From Leptolyngbyaceae cyanobacterium (GTDB lineage: Bacteria > Cyanobacteriota > Cyanobacteriia > Phormidesmidales > Phormidesmidaceae): 64,000 nucleotides of DNA. Positions 63,405-64,000 of the stretch are shown here, piece by piece. The stretch spans positions 2,240,001 to 2,304,000 of the forward strand of contig CBDHHL010000032.1 in the NCBI GenBank assembly GCA_965263355.1, given 5' to 3'. Position numbers and translations under genes: made by a program. The notes under the pieces were generated by a model that searched no databases, had not been told where the DNA came from, and was given only the letters and a program-made list of their open reading frames with translations. Positions within the stretch are counted from its first letter, which is position 1; each line of letters begins with the position of its first letter.

Positions 63405-64000
63405 CTAACGTAACGTAGTTGGATGGAATCCCAAGCTAAAACCCGTGAATTTACGGGAGGAACATGGGTTTTCAAACCTATCTATATAGTCGGTATACCC
63501 AAACGTATCAATATCTTTTTGATATCGCTCAGCCACCCAGGCCCAGGTTTGATAGTCATAATAGTCCAGGTAAGAGACTGGAGGCTTTTTTTTTCTAAGA
63601 CTCAGTAACCGCTTAAACCGCATCACTAACGACCTGGTCTCTGGCAATCTTTTACCTGAAGACTGGTTGACGTGGGATAAGTCTGGTAGTTGCCTATTGA
63701 TACGGTTACGTATTAGCTCGAAATCATGTTCTAATCGCTCAAAACGCCCAATAAAGTCAACCAGACAGGTTTTGTCGGCATCAAACAGATACTCATACTG
63801 TGGCATAACGTGACGCCAAACATCTGTCCAGCCTGGTTTTGGAAATGCTTTCTTCAGCCAGTATTTAAATGTATATTTGTTGTAATGCCCTCGCCAATTG
63901 TATTCAGAAACTAATCGTTCCCATGGATTCCGTACAAAGGAAAATTTGAAATACTTTGTAAATTCCTGGGGACTAATGTACCCATATGAAAGATATTCTT
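63405..64000 (-). CDS. Sulfotransferase family 2 protein; starts beyond the right edge of the window
   Basis: The frame of ORF 63405..63806 stays open to the edge: KYFKFSFVRNPWERLVSEY...RHVMPQYEYL...DFIGRFE. Confidence 0.85.
   Translation of the reverse strand, partial: EYLSYGYISPQEFTKYFKFSFVRNPWERLVSEYNWRGHYNKYTFKYWLKKAFPKPGWTDVWRHVMPQYEYLFDADKTCLVDFIGRFERLEHDFELIRNRINRQLPDLSHVNQSSGKRLPETRSLVMRFKRLLSLRKKKPPVSYLDYYDYQTWAWVAERYQKDIDTFGYTDYIDRFENPCSSRKFTGFSLGFHPTTLR

Overview
Cyanobacterial chromosome segment (GCGATCGC HIP1 octamers, group 2 sigma factor, DUF3038/DUF4335 genes). Positions 1-13.1 kb are mostly core genes: TPR protein, SGNH-like protein, AGE epimerase, sigma factor, fmt, OmpA-domain protein, DUF4335, DUF3038 and rmuC. 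This part also holds a 5x50-bp tandem array and a duplication of the ompA 3' end. From 13.6 kb to beyond the window end lies a >50-kb lipid/glycan biosynthetic cluster. It encodes a DevA-cNMP/DevB exporter, three FAAL domains, a fully reducing single-module type I PKS with no release domain, an acyl-CoA dehydrogenase, two JamB-like desaturases, an ACP and a PLP alpha-oxoamine synthase (SPT/BioF family). It also encodes inositol-3-phosphate synthase, a CarF/TMEM189-type desaturase, a eukaryote-like sphingosine kinase, a CarS-like cytidylyltransferase and a eukaryote-like phosphatidylinositol synthase. The distal half carries about 10 glycosyltransferases (one GM2-synthase-like, one GT10), 5 sulfotransferases, 2 acyltransferase-3 proteins and a HepA/MsbA-like ABC exporter. 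My inference is a pathway to a glycosylated, sulfated inositol-phospho-sphingoid lipid, a class outside the standard cyanobacterial lipidome. All family calls come from motif recognition by eye; no database searches were run.
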